This document shows positions 35,575-44,988 of a stretch of 64,000 nucleotides of DNA, one piece after another. Made by a program: the position numbers and the translations under genes. The DNA is from Candidatus Omnitrophota bacterium (GTDB taxonomy: Bacteria > Omnitrophota > Gorgyraeia > Gygaellales > Profunditerraquicolaceae). The notes beneath the pieces are model-generated. The model was not told where the DNA came from. It saw only the letters and a list, made by a program, of their open reading frames with translations, and did not search any database. Where the stretch lies: positions 189,485-253,484 of the forward strand of contig JAPLLX010000004.1 of NCBI GenBank assembly GCA_026387335.1. Direction: 5' to 3'. How positions within the stretch are numbered: position 1 is the first letter of the stretch; each line of letters starts with the position of its first letter.

Positions 35575-37233
35575 TTATTTTAACTGAAAGGTTACCGGAA
35601 CATCGATCCAAAGCTCCCTCTCTTCTATAGAGGCAGGGAAGGGAGGGTAAGAACTTATCTCCTTGGCCATAGCAACTGCCTGGTCATTCAGAAGCTGATA
35701 ATCCGAAGGCTCTTTGATAGCGACATCCAAAAGTTCACCGGTATATAAAACATGCAGCCTTAATTTTACTGTCCCCTGATAACCGCTATCTTTGATCTCC
35801 TGAGGATAAGTAAAATTGGCCAATATGCGTTCTTGGATAATCTTAGCGTATTGCGTGGTGGGATCAACCGGCTGTTCTTCCTGCGCAGGGGCTTTGGTTG
35901 TTTCCTGCGGAATATTTTGGGGCTGCGTTTTAGGCGCCTTATCCTTTTCCAGAGAGGCTATCGTCGGTGTAAGGATAATAAAGAGTTCGGTATCCACTTT
36001 TTGGCCCGTACCTCCGCCTGTTTTAGTAACTTTTTGCCTAAAGAAAGCGCCTAAAATAGGGACATCGCTTAAGAAGGGGGTCCGGGTGACTGTTTCTTCT
36101 TTCTTTTTCCGGATTAAACCTCCGATAACCATACTTTGTCCGCTATCCAGAAAAAGTTCGGTGGAAGCGCTGCGCTTGGACAAAGGATAAGCCTGGGCAG
36201 TAGTAGTGGTAGTGCTAGCGCTGGTTGTCCCGATTGTCTGGACTGTCCCTATATCGCTGACTTCTACATTCACGCCCAATTTTATCCGTTTATCGTCGGT
36301 TAAGACGGGTTTTATCTTCAGTTTAATCCCATACTCTTTATATTCAACGCTGGTTCCCTGATTACCTGTAGTCGCGGCTATTTGAGTAGTAAATATCGGC
36401 TGTTCTCCTCCGACGATCAATTCCGCTTCTTTGCCGCTCTGGCAGGCGATACGCGGACGGGAAAGAAGCTGGGCCTTACCTTCCTGAATCAAAGCATCCA
36501 GCTTAAGCGTAAAAGGCGTGGCTGTTCCGCCTGAGGAGCGCATAATATCAGCTACCTTAAATACCTTGCCCCAGGTTGTCCCGGCTGCGGCAAGCGCGGG
36601 AGAGCCGATTTCCGTAAAAGTAATTGAGCCGGGCCAGGTAAAGCCTAAGGTATTGGTCGCGTCTTTGTTTAGTTCCATGATCTGCACATCTATATCTAAT
36701 AATGCTTCTTCCTCTTTGACCTGGACTAAATCTACCAGCTTGTCTTTTAAACCGGCTAAAACAGTAAAGATCCTTTCCCTATCCTGTGATGTCTTAACCC
36801 TGCCTAAAATAAGGATCTTCCCTTCATCTTCTTCCGCCTGAGAATAAACCTCAGGGAGATCGAGTTTCCCCAACAGATTATCTGCCCGCATTTTTAACGC
36901 GTTAACATCTTCGGCTAATACTTTTATCTTATATGACTGTTCGCCAAAATTATCCCAATATACCAAAGTAGTGGTCCCCGGAGATTTAGGAGTTAAGGTT
37001 ATACCTTGTTTAGTTACATTAGCAACGTCAACTATGGCGGGGTTACCGATAACAATACGGCTGGGGTTGTTTGTAGACATAGTTCTAAATCCGCCCATAT
37101 ATATTCTGATGGTTTCGGAGGTATTATCTACAGCAGTATCTAAAGTATAAATATTCCCCGGCTGAATAACGCAAGCCGCGCCGGCTAAAAAAAGGAACAA
37201 AAATATCTTCTTCATTATCCTTCCTTCTCTCAT
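35575..37233 (-). CDS. cpaC: Secretin (RcpA/CpaC-like) with C-terminal TonB-C-like domain
   Basis: Secretin core ...SGQSMVIGGLIRKKKEETVTRTPFLSDVPILGAFFRQK...ELFIILTP... C-terminal 90 aa ...GYQGTVKLRLHVLYTGELLDVAIKEPSDYQLLNDQAVAMAKEISSYPPFP... resembles the TonB C-terminal fold. Confidence 0.7.
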   Translation of the reverse strand: MREGRIMKKIFLFLFLAGAACVIQPGNIYTLDTAVDNTSETIRIYMGGFRTMSTNNPSRIVIGNPAIVDVANVTKQGITLTPKSPGTTTLVYWDNFGEQSYKIKVLAEDVNALKMRADNLLGKLDLPEVYSQAEEDEGKILILGRVKTSQDRERIFTVLAGLKDKLVDLVQVKEEEALLDIDVQIMELNKDATNTLGFTWPGSITFTEIGSPALAAAGTTWGKVFKVADIMRSSGGTATPFTLKLDALIQEGKAQLLSRPRIACQSGKEAELIVGGEQPIFTTQIAATTGNQGTSVEYKEYGIKLKIKPVLTDDKRIKLGVNVEVSDIGTVQTIGTTSASTTTTTAQAYPLSKRSASTELFLDSGQSMVIGGLIRKKKEETVTRTPFLSDVPILGAFFRQKVTKTGGGTGQKVDTELFIILTPTIASLEKDKAPKTQPQNIPQETTKAPAQEEQPVDPTTQYAKIIQERILANFTYPQEIKDSGYQGTVKLRLHVLYTGELLDVAIKEPSDYQLLNDQAVAMAKEISSYPPFPASIEERELWIDVPVTFQLK

Positions 37234-38132
37234 TTAGATAAAGGCATCTTTTCTTTGCTTAAGCCTCTGTATATTTCAACATACTCTGTAGCCGGTGCGT
37301 CTTTGTCCTGGAACTTAGCTAATTCATTCTGGGCCGGCATAACATATCTGAATAATGTCTCCCAACTGGCGGGTTGGGTTGCCTGCATTTGAGAATCCGC
37401 CGGTGAACGCAGGGTGAGCCTCAACTTACCCTGTTCCTGGACAAAAGCAATGAGATTGGCTTCTTGAGGACCAAGGGCAAGGGTGATCAGCGGAGAATTT
37501 TCGCTTCTTCTCTCCGTCTCTTTCTTCCCGGCGCTGGCTGCGGAGATCGAACCTGTATCCTGTCCGACGGCCAAAACCAGGACATTCTGGAATAAAGGCA
37601 TCACCGCCATCTGACTTACCTGTTTACCGTCGGCAGTCTGCACCGGCACAGGGACAAGCGCCATTACATCAACATAATCTCCGGGTTTGATCATTCCGCC
37701 CAGTGCCGAAATATTATCTACTGATATGGTGATCGCCCTTTTGCCGACTGGCGTGCCTTCGGCTAAACCGCCTAATTGCCTGGGTTGGACTAATTTGCTT
37801 AAAGATATCTGTTCGCCTTTGGATATGGCTACAACCGCGACCATCCCTAAAATCCTATCTGCCGAAGAAACTGCCTGCGGCTGGAGATATTGGTCGGGGA
37901 TAATAATTGTCTCCAGGCTTTCCGCCGCGATAGCTGCGCCGCGGGGGATGTCTTTATTGGCTATCAATACCTTGACTTCGTGCTTGGATATATTTTTTTC
38001 CAGGCTGGCTATCTTTTTTTTGGACTCATCAATCACCTGCTGGCGCTGCTGGTCAATATAGGCCTTAGTCATAAATACGGCCATTAAAGCCAGGACAACA
38101 CCGATTATTATGATGATCTTTTGCCTTTGCAT
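37230..38132 (-). CDS. cpaB: Flp pilus assembly protein CpaB/RcpC-like (SAF domain)
   Basis: N-terminal TM anchor; ...VKVLIANKDIPRGAAIAAESLETIIIPDQY...; positioned next to the secretin. Confidence 0.65.
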   Translation of the reverse strand: MQRQKIIIIIGVVLALMAVFMTKAYIDQQRQQVIDESKKKIASLEKNISKHEVKVLIANKDIPRGAAIAAESLETIIIPDQYLQPQAVSSADRILGMVAVVAISKGEQISLSKLVQPRQLGGLAEGTPVGKRAITISVDNISALGGMIKPGDYVDVMALVPVPVQTADGKQVSQMAVMPLFQNVLVLAVGQDTGSISAASAGKKETERRSENSPLITLALGPQEANLIAFVQEQGKLRLTLRSPADSQMQATQPASWETLFRYVMPAQNELAKFQDKDAPATEYVEIYRGLSKEKMPLSK

Positions 38133-39038
38133 TTACTTTATCTCTCCCTCGTAAAATTCCAATTTTGAGTCGCGGGAAAGTTTCCCCAGCAGATCTTCAA
38201 TTTTTTTCTGTTGCTTTAAAAACGTCAGGCCTCTTTTGATATCATCCCACATTTCATTAAGGGATTTTTGTTTTCCGCCGCGCTTGACTTCCAGCTTGAC
38301 GATACAATAACCTTCAGGGCTTTTAAAAATACTGCTGATTTTACCTGTCTCCAACGAATCGGAAAAAGCTACGGCATCAAATTGAGCGGACTTTTGGCCC
38401 TTTTTAATAAACCCTAAATCCCCCGCGTCTTTGGCGCTGGCGGATTTAGAGCGATCTTTGGCTAAAGTAGCAAAATCTGTTCCCTGTAAAAGCAGGATCA
38501 GGATATCTTTGGCATCCTGCTCAGAACTAACCACTATTTCGCGTAACTGCCTCTCTTCGGGCTCCTTAAGCTGATCTTTATAATTATTATAATAATCCTC
38601 TATTTCTTTGGAACTTACCTCTACTTTTTCCGCTTCCTTACGGACCAGTTCCATCACTAAAAGATCCTGTTTGGTTTTTTCCAGCGCCTGAACAATTTCT
38701 TCGTTGCGTTCCAGGCCCCTGTTTAAAGCTTCCTGATAAAGAAGTGTGCGGCGGACCATTTCATTCTTAAGGTATTCTATTTTTTTATCCCGGGTGGTGA
38801 TCTTGGCTTCCGGCTTATCGTCGGGAACCACGGAATTGTAAGCTTCTATTTCCTTATTTAAATCATCCAAGGTTATAGGTTGATTATTGACTTTGGCTAC
38901 CACTGTCCCCTTAACCGAGGCGGTAGGAATAAAGGCCTCTTTAAGTTTAGGCTTAGCGAGACCGATTTTATCGCAGCCTATTAAAAGCGCTAAAATAAAA
39001 ATGCAGATTGACGGCAGAACTATCCGGTATTTCATCAC
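38133..39038 (-). CDS. SurA-like periplasmic chaperone / parvulin-type peptidyl-prolyl isomerase
   Basis: Lipoprotein-like N-terminus (LLIGCDK). PpiC domain ...DLGFIKKGQKSAQFDAVAFSDSLETGKISSIFKSPEGYCIVKLE... Confidence 0.65.
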   Translation of the reverse strand: MMKYRIVLPSICIFILALLIGCDKIGLAKPKLKEAFIPTASVKGTVVAKVNNQPITLDDLNKEIEAYNSVVPDDKPEAKITTRDKKIEYLKNEMVRRTLLYQEALNRGLERNEEIVQALEKTKQDLLVMELVRKEAEKVEVSSKEIEDYYNNYKDQLKEPEERQLREIVVSSEQDAKDILILLLQGTDFATLAKDRSKSASAKDAGDLGFIKKGQKSAQFDAVAFSDSLETGKISSIFKSPEGYCIVKLEVKRGGKQKSLNEMWDDIKRGLTFLKQQKKIEDLLGKLSRDSKLEFYEGEIK

Positions 39039-39045
39039 CCCTCCT

Positions 39046-39288
39046 CTATTCTTTTTTTATTTCGTTAATTATACGGATCAATAAATCAGCGATCTTAGCA
39101 ATAAGGAAAAGAAAAAAGAAGAAAAAGGTGTACACTACCAAGACTATAGCGCCCATCCAACGGGAACTGCCGGGTGCCGCGCCAAAAATAATGGACAAAC
39201 CCCCTAAAATTCCGAAAAATAAAAAAATCCAGGCAGCGACTTTCACCACTGTACTGGAAGCTTTCAAAAAACCTAAATGTTCACGCAT
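39046..39288 (-). CDS. Small two-TM membrane protein (80 aa)
   Basis: Hydrophobic ORF, first gene of the Tad-locus transcription unit. Confidence 0.4.
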   Translation of the reverse strand: MREHLGFLKASSTVVKVAAWIFLFFGILGGLSIIFGAAPGSSRWMGAIVLVVYTFFFFFLFLIAKIADLLIRIINEIKKE

Positions 39289-39399
39289 TGACCCTCCTGG
39301 TTATATAATTTTTTATCATAAACGCCGGGAAATAGCAAGAGAAATCTTCATTTTATAGCCCCAACCATGCCCCCTGCGGGGGCCGGTTGAGAATTTCTA

Positions 39400-39474
39400 T
39401 AGCCCCAACCGGATTTGAACCGGTGTTTACAGCCTGAGAAGCTGACGTCCTAGACCAGGCTAGACGATGGGGCC
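39400..39474 (-). tRNA. tRNA-Glu (anticodon CUC)
   Basis: Minus-strand read GGCCCCATCGTCTAGCCTGGTCTAGGACGTCAGCTTCTCAGGCTGTAAACACCGGTTCAAATCCGGTTGGGGCTA. Cloverleaf with anticodon loop uuCUCag; CCA not encoded. Confidence 0.7.
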
Positions 39475-39527
39475 ATTCTAAAATATAAGGTATTCTACTA
39501 TAGCCAAGGATTTAGTCAATAATTTTA

Positions 39528-40751
39528 TTGACCCTGGATTTAAAAGCGCTTATAATACAAAACATGCAAGCAGGAGTTGGCGTAAGCACGCAACAGGACC
39601 ACCTAAAAGCTGTTCGGGAAGCTGTCGGAAAAGCCAGGCTGAGCTTGAATGCGGGAAAGGTGGATTTTGCGCTTCTGTTTACTACGGGAGAATTTAGCCA
39701 CCCCCTGGTATTACAGACAATCGCCGGCATAATCGGGCCTGTCCCGCTGCTGGGCGCAAGCAGCCCAACAATAATATCTAGTCAGGGCCCCTTAAAACAT
39801 GGGCTGGTTATTATCCTGTTTAGCGTTACCGAGGGCGTTTATTTTAACGCTGGCTTAGTCAAGGATATCGCCGCAAAAAGCACCTTAACCGCAGGGATTG
39901 AACTGGGAGAAAAACTTCTTTACGGCTGCAAAAATGTCCGCCGTAACCTAAGCGTTATATTTTCGAATACTGAAGCGGCCCAGAGTTCAGGACTTATCAC
40001 GGGGCTACAGGAAAAATTGGGAAAAAGTTTTCCTTTAATCGGGGCGTCTATACCCAGAAATGTCGACCATCAAGAAAACTCGCTTTATTTTAATTCGGAA
40101 ATATTAAATAACGCCTCCTGCGGCATACTCTGGGGAGGAAAACTCAACTTTAATTTAGGTATTGAGCATGGCTGGCAACCGCTGGGTAAACCCCGTTATG
40201 TCACCAAGGCAACGGCAGACGTTGTGCATGAAATAGACGGCCAGGCAGCGGTCGATTTATATAAAGAATATTTTGCCAAAGAAATCCCCGAGTTAAAAAG
40301 AGAACTAAAGCGCATTTCAGTATTTTATCCGCTGGGTATAAGTATTTCCGAGAAAAAAGAGTACCTCTTAAGAAGCGTTGTAGCAATAAGAAACGACGGT
40401 TCCCTGGTTTTTCAGGGAGAAGTCCCACAGGGGAGCGCGGTAAGGCTAATGATCAGCTCCAAGGAATCCTGTTTAGCCAGCGCGCGCAAAGCGGCTGAAG
40501 CAGCGGTAAAGAATATGGAGGGCAAAAAAATAAAATTTGCGCTTGTATTAGACTCTTTATCCAGGTACACTCTCTTGGGCAGACAGGCAACTCAAGAGAT
40601 TAAAATTGTCCGGGAGATTCTTGGAGAGAATGTGCCGATGGCCGGCCTATACACCTCTGCGGAAGAGGCGCCCCTGGGCTTTATTAGTTACTCTTTGGGG
40701 AAAACCTATTTTCATAATAATTCCATTGCTGTATTAACTATCGCCAACTAA
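39528..40751 (+). CDS. FIST-domain sensory protein (FIST_N + FIST_C)
   Basis: ...VDFALLFTTGEFS... and ...MAGLYTSAEEAPLGF..., characteristic of FIST. The true start is probably the MQAGVG... at about 39564. Confidence 0.65.
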   Translation: MTLDLKALIIQNMQAGVGVSTQQDHLKAVREAVGKARLSLNAGKVDFALLFTTGEFSHPLVLQTIAGIIGPVPLLGASSPTIISSQGPLKHGLVIILFSVTEGVYFNAGLVKDIAAKSTLTAGIELGEKLLYGCKNVRRNLSVIFSNTEAAQSSGLITGLQEKLGKSFPLIGASIPRNVDHQENSLYFNSEILNNASCGILWGGKLNFNLGIEHGWQPLGKPRYVTKATADVVHEIDGQAAVDLYKEYFAKEIPELKRELKRISVFYPLGISISEKKEYLLRSVVAIRNDGSLVFQGEVPQGSAVRLMISSKESCLASARKAAEAAVKNMEGKKIKFALVLDSLSRYTLLGRQATQEIKIVREILGENVPMAGLYTSAEEAPLGFISYSLGKTYFHNNSIAVLTIAN

Positions 40752-40771
40752 GGAATTTTATTTTAATAAAT

Positions 40772-42244
40772 ATGCTTATGCTCTTGATCTACGCCTTAAC
40801 CGTCATACCTCTATCCCTCCTGCTGATTTATAAGGCCCAGGGCCTAAACCAGTTACAATCGCAGGTCAACTCTTTAAAGAAATCCCTGGATGATATGGAT
40901 GAACAGGCCAAGCTTATTGTGCGCACGGATATGGAACTAAATAAGCTGCAGGAAGAGCTGGATAAGAAAATAGTCGGCCTCTACGCGCTGCAAAGATTAT
41001 CCCGCATAATCAGTATGACCCTGGAAGAAGAACAGATCTTTAAAAGGATACAGCCGGAGTATTTAAGCGACTTAGGGTTTGAAAAGGCATTCGGTTTTCT
41101 CTGGGATGATACAAAGAAACAATTTATCCTGCATTTTTGCCTAGGCTATTCTGATGACGAAACCAAAGAGATACAACTGTTCATTAATAATAACAAGGAG
41201 CGCTGCCTTAATTTTATAACCAGCGAGAAAACCCTCTCTTCGATATCGGAATCCAATAATTTAATTACCCCCCAACAGTTAAGCGATATTTTTAAGGCGC
41301 ACGCGTTTATTGTCTCCCCTCTTGCGCCTCAGAAAGATAACCGAGGATTGATTTTTGTCGGAACAAAAAATGTTGAGATGCTGGTCACTGAAGGAGACGA
41401 GGAATTAATCAAAATACTGGCTACGCAGCTGGCGCAGGCCCTGGAAAATGCCCGTTTATTTGAAAAAACCTGGAGGGCGCAGCAGGAGTTAGAGAAAAAG
41501 GTAACCGAAAGGACCCACGAACTGACCGTAGCCATGGAAGAAGTCAAAAAGATAAGCGCCCGTAAAACAAACTTTGTCTCCAGTGTCTCCCATGAATTAA
41601 GGACTCCCCTTACTTCCGTAAAGGGCTACGCCGCGATATTACTTACCGGGAAATTAGGCGAACTCCCTAAAGAGGTGCGGGAGCGCCTGGAGAAAATAAA
41701 CCGGCACAGCGATGAGCTGGTACACATGGTTAATGACCTGCTGGACATATCCCGTATTGAATCGGGAAAAGTAACCATGAAAACAGAGATCTGTAACCTA
41801 CGGGAAATCACGAGCAAAGCAGAAGACTTATTAAGCGGGCAATTAAAAGAAAGAAAACTATCTTTAAATATAGAGATCCCTCCCGAAGCCAACCTGGTTA
41901 TGGCTGACCGGACACAAATAGAGCGCGTATTTATTAACCTTATCGGCAACGCGATGAAATTCACTCCTGCCGAAGGTAAAATAACTATTCATGCCCGTAA
42001 AACGGAGAAAATGGCAGAAGTAAATGTTTCCGATACGGGCTGCGGTATACCCGAAGAAGCCCAGGAAGCTATATTTGAGGAATTCTACCGGGTGGATAAC
42101 GCGATAAACCAGGAAGTAAAAGGCACGGGTCTGGGGCTGTCTCTAGTAAAATATATAGTTGAAGCTCACGGAGGAAAAATTTGGGTCAAGAGTAAGGTCA
42201 GCTTAGGGTCAACCTTTAGTTTCACCTTACCCCAAACATCATAA
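40772..42244 (+). CDS. Sensor histidine kinase (N-terminal TM, coiled coil, GAF-like, HisKA, HATPase_c)
   Basis: H-box SHELRTPLTSVKGYAAILL; G-boxes ...GTGLGLSLVKYIVEAHGGKIWV... Confidence 0.85.
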   Translation: MLMLLIYALTVIPLSLLLIYKAQGLNQLQSQVNSLKKSLDDMDEQAKLIVRTDMELNKLQEELDKKIVGLYALQRLSRIISMTLEEEQIFKRIQPEYLSDLGFEKAFGFLWDDTKKQFILHFCLGYSDDETKEIQLFINNNKERCLNFITSEKTLSSISESNNLITPQQLSDIFKAHAFIVSPLAPQKDNRGLIFVGTKNVEMLVTEGDEELIKILATQLAQALENARLFEKTWRAQQELEKKVTERTHELTVAMEEVKKISARKTNFVSSVSHELRTPLTSVKGYAAILLTGKLGELPKEVRERLEKINRHSDELVHMVNDLLDISRIESGKVTMKTEICNLREITSKAEDLLSGQLKERKLSLNIEIPPEANLVMADRTQIERVFINLIGNAMKFTPAEGKITIHARKTEKMAEVNVSDTGCGIPEEAQEAIFEEFYRVDNAINQEVKGTGLGLSLVKYIVEAHGGKIWVKSKVSLGSTFSFTLPQTS

Positions 42245-42248
42245 ATAT

Positions 42249-43184
42249 ATGGCGATAAAAATACTTATTGTTGACGATGACCCGGATATCCGGGATGTAT
42301 TAAAACTGACCCTCTCCGAAGAGAATTACGAAATACTTGAGGCGGCTGACGGAGAAGAAGCCCTGAAGATTATCCACGCTAACCAGCCGGACCTGATATT
42401 ACTGGATTATAAAATACCCAAGATCGACGGCCGGGAAGTCTGCCGCAGAATAAAGAAAGATTTACTCCTTAGGCACCTGCCTATAATTATGGTAACCGGC
42501 AAAGGCGATATAAGCGATAAAGTTGACGGGATTGACGCCGGCGCGGATGATTATGTAGTCAAACCCTTTGAGCCTAAGGAATTACTGGCGCGCATACGCA
42601 TGATCTTAAGGCATACTGAACGCGACCTTGAGGCCAATCCCTTGACCCGGCTGCCCGGAAACATCTCTATCTTAAAGGAACTATCCAAATACATAGAAAA
42701 TAAATCTTCGCTAGCCGTATGCTACCTGGATTTAGATAAATTTAAGTCTTATAATGATAAGTACGGGTTTGAACACGGGGATGAAGTAATCCGGGAGACT
42801 GCCCGCCTTCTTATACGCGCGACCCAGGAGTACGGCAACCACGGCGATTTTGTCGGCCATATCGGCGGGGATGATTTTGTGATTATCACTACCCCTGATA
42901 AAACCGACACTCTCTGCCAAAAGGTAATCCTGGATTTTGAAAACCTGGCCCCCTCTTTCTATAATGAAAAAGACAGGAAAAACGGCTATATAGTCGGCAA
43001 AGACCGGCAGGGGCAAGAGCAGAAAATTCCGCTTTTATCTATATCCATAGGTATAGTGACTAATCAATACCGGACAATAACCCACGTGGCTCAAATCGGC
43101 GAGATAGGCGCAGAATTAAAATCCTACGCCAAGAGCCTGGAAAGAAGCAATTACGTAAAGGACAGGCGCGTAGAGGATAGATAA
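42249..43184 (+). CDS. Response regulator: REC domain + GGDEF-family domain with variant GGDDF motif
   Basis: MAIKILIVDDDPDIRDVL...DLILLDYKIP (REC). ...LDLDKFKSYNDKYGFEHGDEVI...HIGGDDFVIIT (GGDEF fold, RxGGDEF replaced by HIGGDDF). Confidence 0.75.
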   Translation: MAIKILIVDDDPDIRDVLKLTLSEENYEILEAADGEEALKIIHANQPDLILLDYKIPKIDGREVCRRIKKDLLLRHLPIIMVTGKGDISDKVDGIDAGADDYVVKPFEPKELLARIRMILRHTERDLEANPLTRLPGNISILKELSKYIENKSSLAVCYLDLDKFKSYNDKYGFEHGDEVIRETARLLIRATQEYGNHGDFVGHIGGDDFVIITTPDKTDTLCQKVILDFENLAPSFYNEKDRKNGYIVGKDRQGQEQKIPLLSISIGIVTNQYRTITHVAQIGEIGAELKSYAKSLERSNYVKDRRVEDR

Positions 43185-43185
43185 A

Positions 43186-43248
43186 TAGGGACAGCGACCA
43201 TTTTTCAATCAGGTGACGATTAAAAAAATGGTCGCTGTCCCTATTTAT
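43186..43248. repeat. Hairpin repeat family copy 3; terminator-like after the RR-GGDEF gene
   Basis: aatagggacagcgaccattttt-caatcaggtgacgatt-aaaaaaatggtcgctgtccctattt. Confidence 0.7.
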
Positions 43249-43332
43249 TGGTGCGCGAGGGGGGAGTTGAACCCCCAAGCCTTGCGGCGCAAGCCCCTCA
43301 TGCTTGTGCGTCTGCCATTCCGCCACCCGCGC
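43249..43332 (-). tRNA. tRNA-Leu (anticodon GAG), long variable arm, CCA encoded
   Basis: Minus-strand read GCGCGGGTGGCGGAATGGCAGACGCACAAGCATGAGGGGCTTGCGCCGCAAGGCTTGGGGGTTCAACTCCCCCTCGCGCACCA. Confidence 0.7.
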
Positions 43333-43388
43333 GTAATTTAATATATCAAGGAGTGATTATACAATAGCCGCCTAAATTATCAAGGACA

Positions 43389-44525
43389 TTACAGGTGTTT
43401 CCTGCTTAGTTGTAAAAAGGAGTTGAACGCGTTTCTTTTTTGGAAGTTTTTTATCAACCTTAGGGTTTCAATCAGGGACCAGGCGCCATAAACCCAAATA
43501 ATTCCTCCGCGTGTCCCGGGGATAAGGAACTGTACCAGCCATAATAAAAATAAAGCCGCGGCTTCAAATAATTGAAAATCCATACTTACCAGGAATAAAA
43601 ACCCTAAATAAGACTGAATGATAGTCAGGAGTATCTCTACTTTCTGGTGCCCGTCAAAGACAACGCAGGAAACCTTACCCATGCCGAAAGAATAAATAAA
43701 CGGGATGAGCGCCACAAGTATGGTCCACTGGTTAATTGAAGAAGAGACAAAATTAACCAACGCCATAGACGCTTTATTCACTTTTCTCGCCCAATAAAAA
43801 GCCGAAAGCTTCTCGGGGAATTCGCTTAAGAACGGCGCTACCCACTGCACAAAAACAAACTGGGAAACCCCCAGGGATATAGCTATAGCCAGCATGGAAT
43901 TAAGGAACGGATGCGCTGAAAAATAGAGGATTAGCGCGCCTAAAATGAAAAACCCCGCAATCCAGGCTATATTCAAAGGATATTTATTACGCATTACGTA
44001 TTTCGATATCCTACCTAAGTCCTCTATCTCTTCGGCGTCATGAGGAGGCATTTTTGACAAAATATAAAGGTAACCGAAATAAATAACGCTTAAAACTACC
44101 CCGTCAAAAATATTCAAAGTGCCTTTAAAATAAATGATTAGGAAATATAACAGCGCGGGCAATAACGAAAGGACAGCTACGGAATGCTCGTCTTCCAGCT
44201 CTATACTCCAGGGCTCCTTACTGCCGTCCTTAAGCCTCCTGGAGAAATAGGATACAAAATAAACCATCGGCCAGCCTAAGCCGACAAATAATCTTAAAGA
44301 ACCTGTGTAGTTAGCGGTAATAAGATGTAACTTGGACGGGTCTTTGGCAGCGGTTAAAGCGATTACCCCTTCAACGGCAAATTCCGGAAGGGTCTGCACC
44401 CAGGCGAGCACAGCCAGAGCCAGGCCTTGCGAAATAAAAAACTGGCCGCATTCCGCCCCCCAGGAGATTAGCAGGGCAGCTAAGATTATTGCCGGAAATG
44501 TCCATAACGCGCTTAAAGCTTCCAT
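43389..44525 (-). CDS. Ca2+/cation antiporter (CaCA family) membrane protein
   Basis: Two alpha-repeat-like segments (...QTLPEFAVEG..., ...APFLSEFPEKL...) and about 10 TM helices. Confidence 0.55.
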   Translation of the reverse strand: MEALSALWTFPAIILAALLISWGAECGQFFISQGLALAVLAWVQTLPEFAVEGVIALTAAKDPSKLHLITANYTGSLRLFVGLGWPMVYFVSYFSRRLKDGSKEPWSIELEDEHSVAVLSLLPALLYFLIIYFKGTLNIFDGVVLSVIYFGYLYILSKMPPHDAEEIEDLGRISKYVMRNKYPLNIAWIAGFFILGALILYFSAHPFLNSMLAIAISLGVSQFVFVQWVAPFLSEFPEKLSAFYWARKVNKASMALVNFVSSSINQWTILVALIPFIYSFGMGKVSCVVFDGHQKVEILLTIIQSYLGFLFLVSMDFQLFEAAALFLLWLVQFLIPGTRGGIIWVYGAWSLIETLRLIKNFQKRNAFNSFLQLSRKHL

Positions 44526-44545
44526 ATAATCAGGTAGGACAAAAG

Positions 44546-44881
44546 CTACTCATTCGCATCGTTTAAATCCGAAAGGTGCCTAATCTTCAAACCGCTTAAA
44601 TCATCGCGGTAATAGGTAACCGTAACCGGATCGCTCTGTTCAATGTCGCCTAGAGAGATGGATTCACTGCCTCTGGAAAGTTCAGAATCGCTGGTAACCC
44701 TAAGACTAAGCTCATCCGTATTTCCGGTGTAAGGGATAGAGCAACGAACAATTACCACTGATTTTACCCAATCCACAGAAGATACTGTTCCGGAAATATT
44801 CTTTTCATCGCCATCTTCGGCTGATGCCGGGACAACCGCAGCAAAAGCTAAAATCAGGAAAGCTAGGACTACTCTATGCAT
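44546..44881 (-). CDS. Small secreted hypothetical protein
   Basis: Signal peptide MHRVVLAFLILAFAAVVPASA; no recognisable domain. Confidence 0.4.
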   Translation of the reverse strand: MHRVVLAFLILAFAAVVPASAEDGDEKNISGTVSSVDWVKSVVIVRCSIPYTGNTDELSLRVTSDSELSRGSESISLGDIEQSDPVTVTYYRDDLSGLKIRHLSDLNDANE

Positions 44882-44988
44882 TCTTTTTCCTTTCTAAAAT
44901 AAATGCTTGCTTAAAGAACTCAACTTTTCTAATCATTATAATACAATAAACGAAATGGATATCAAGAGATTATATATCCTATTAATTC

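Noticed and set aside
39008-39358. Lys-rich 116-aa + ORF
   Set aside because: Antisense and overlapping the small membrane protein gene and the tRNA region. AT-rich artefact.
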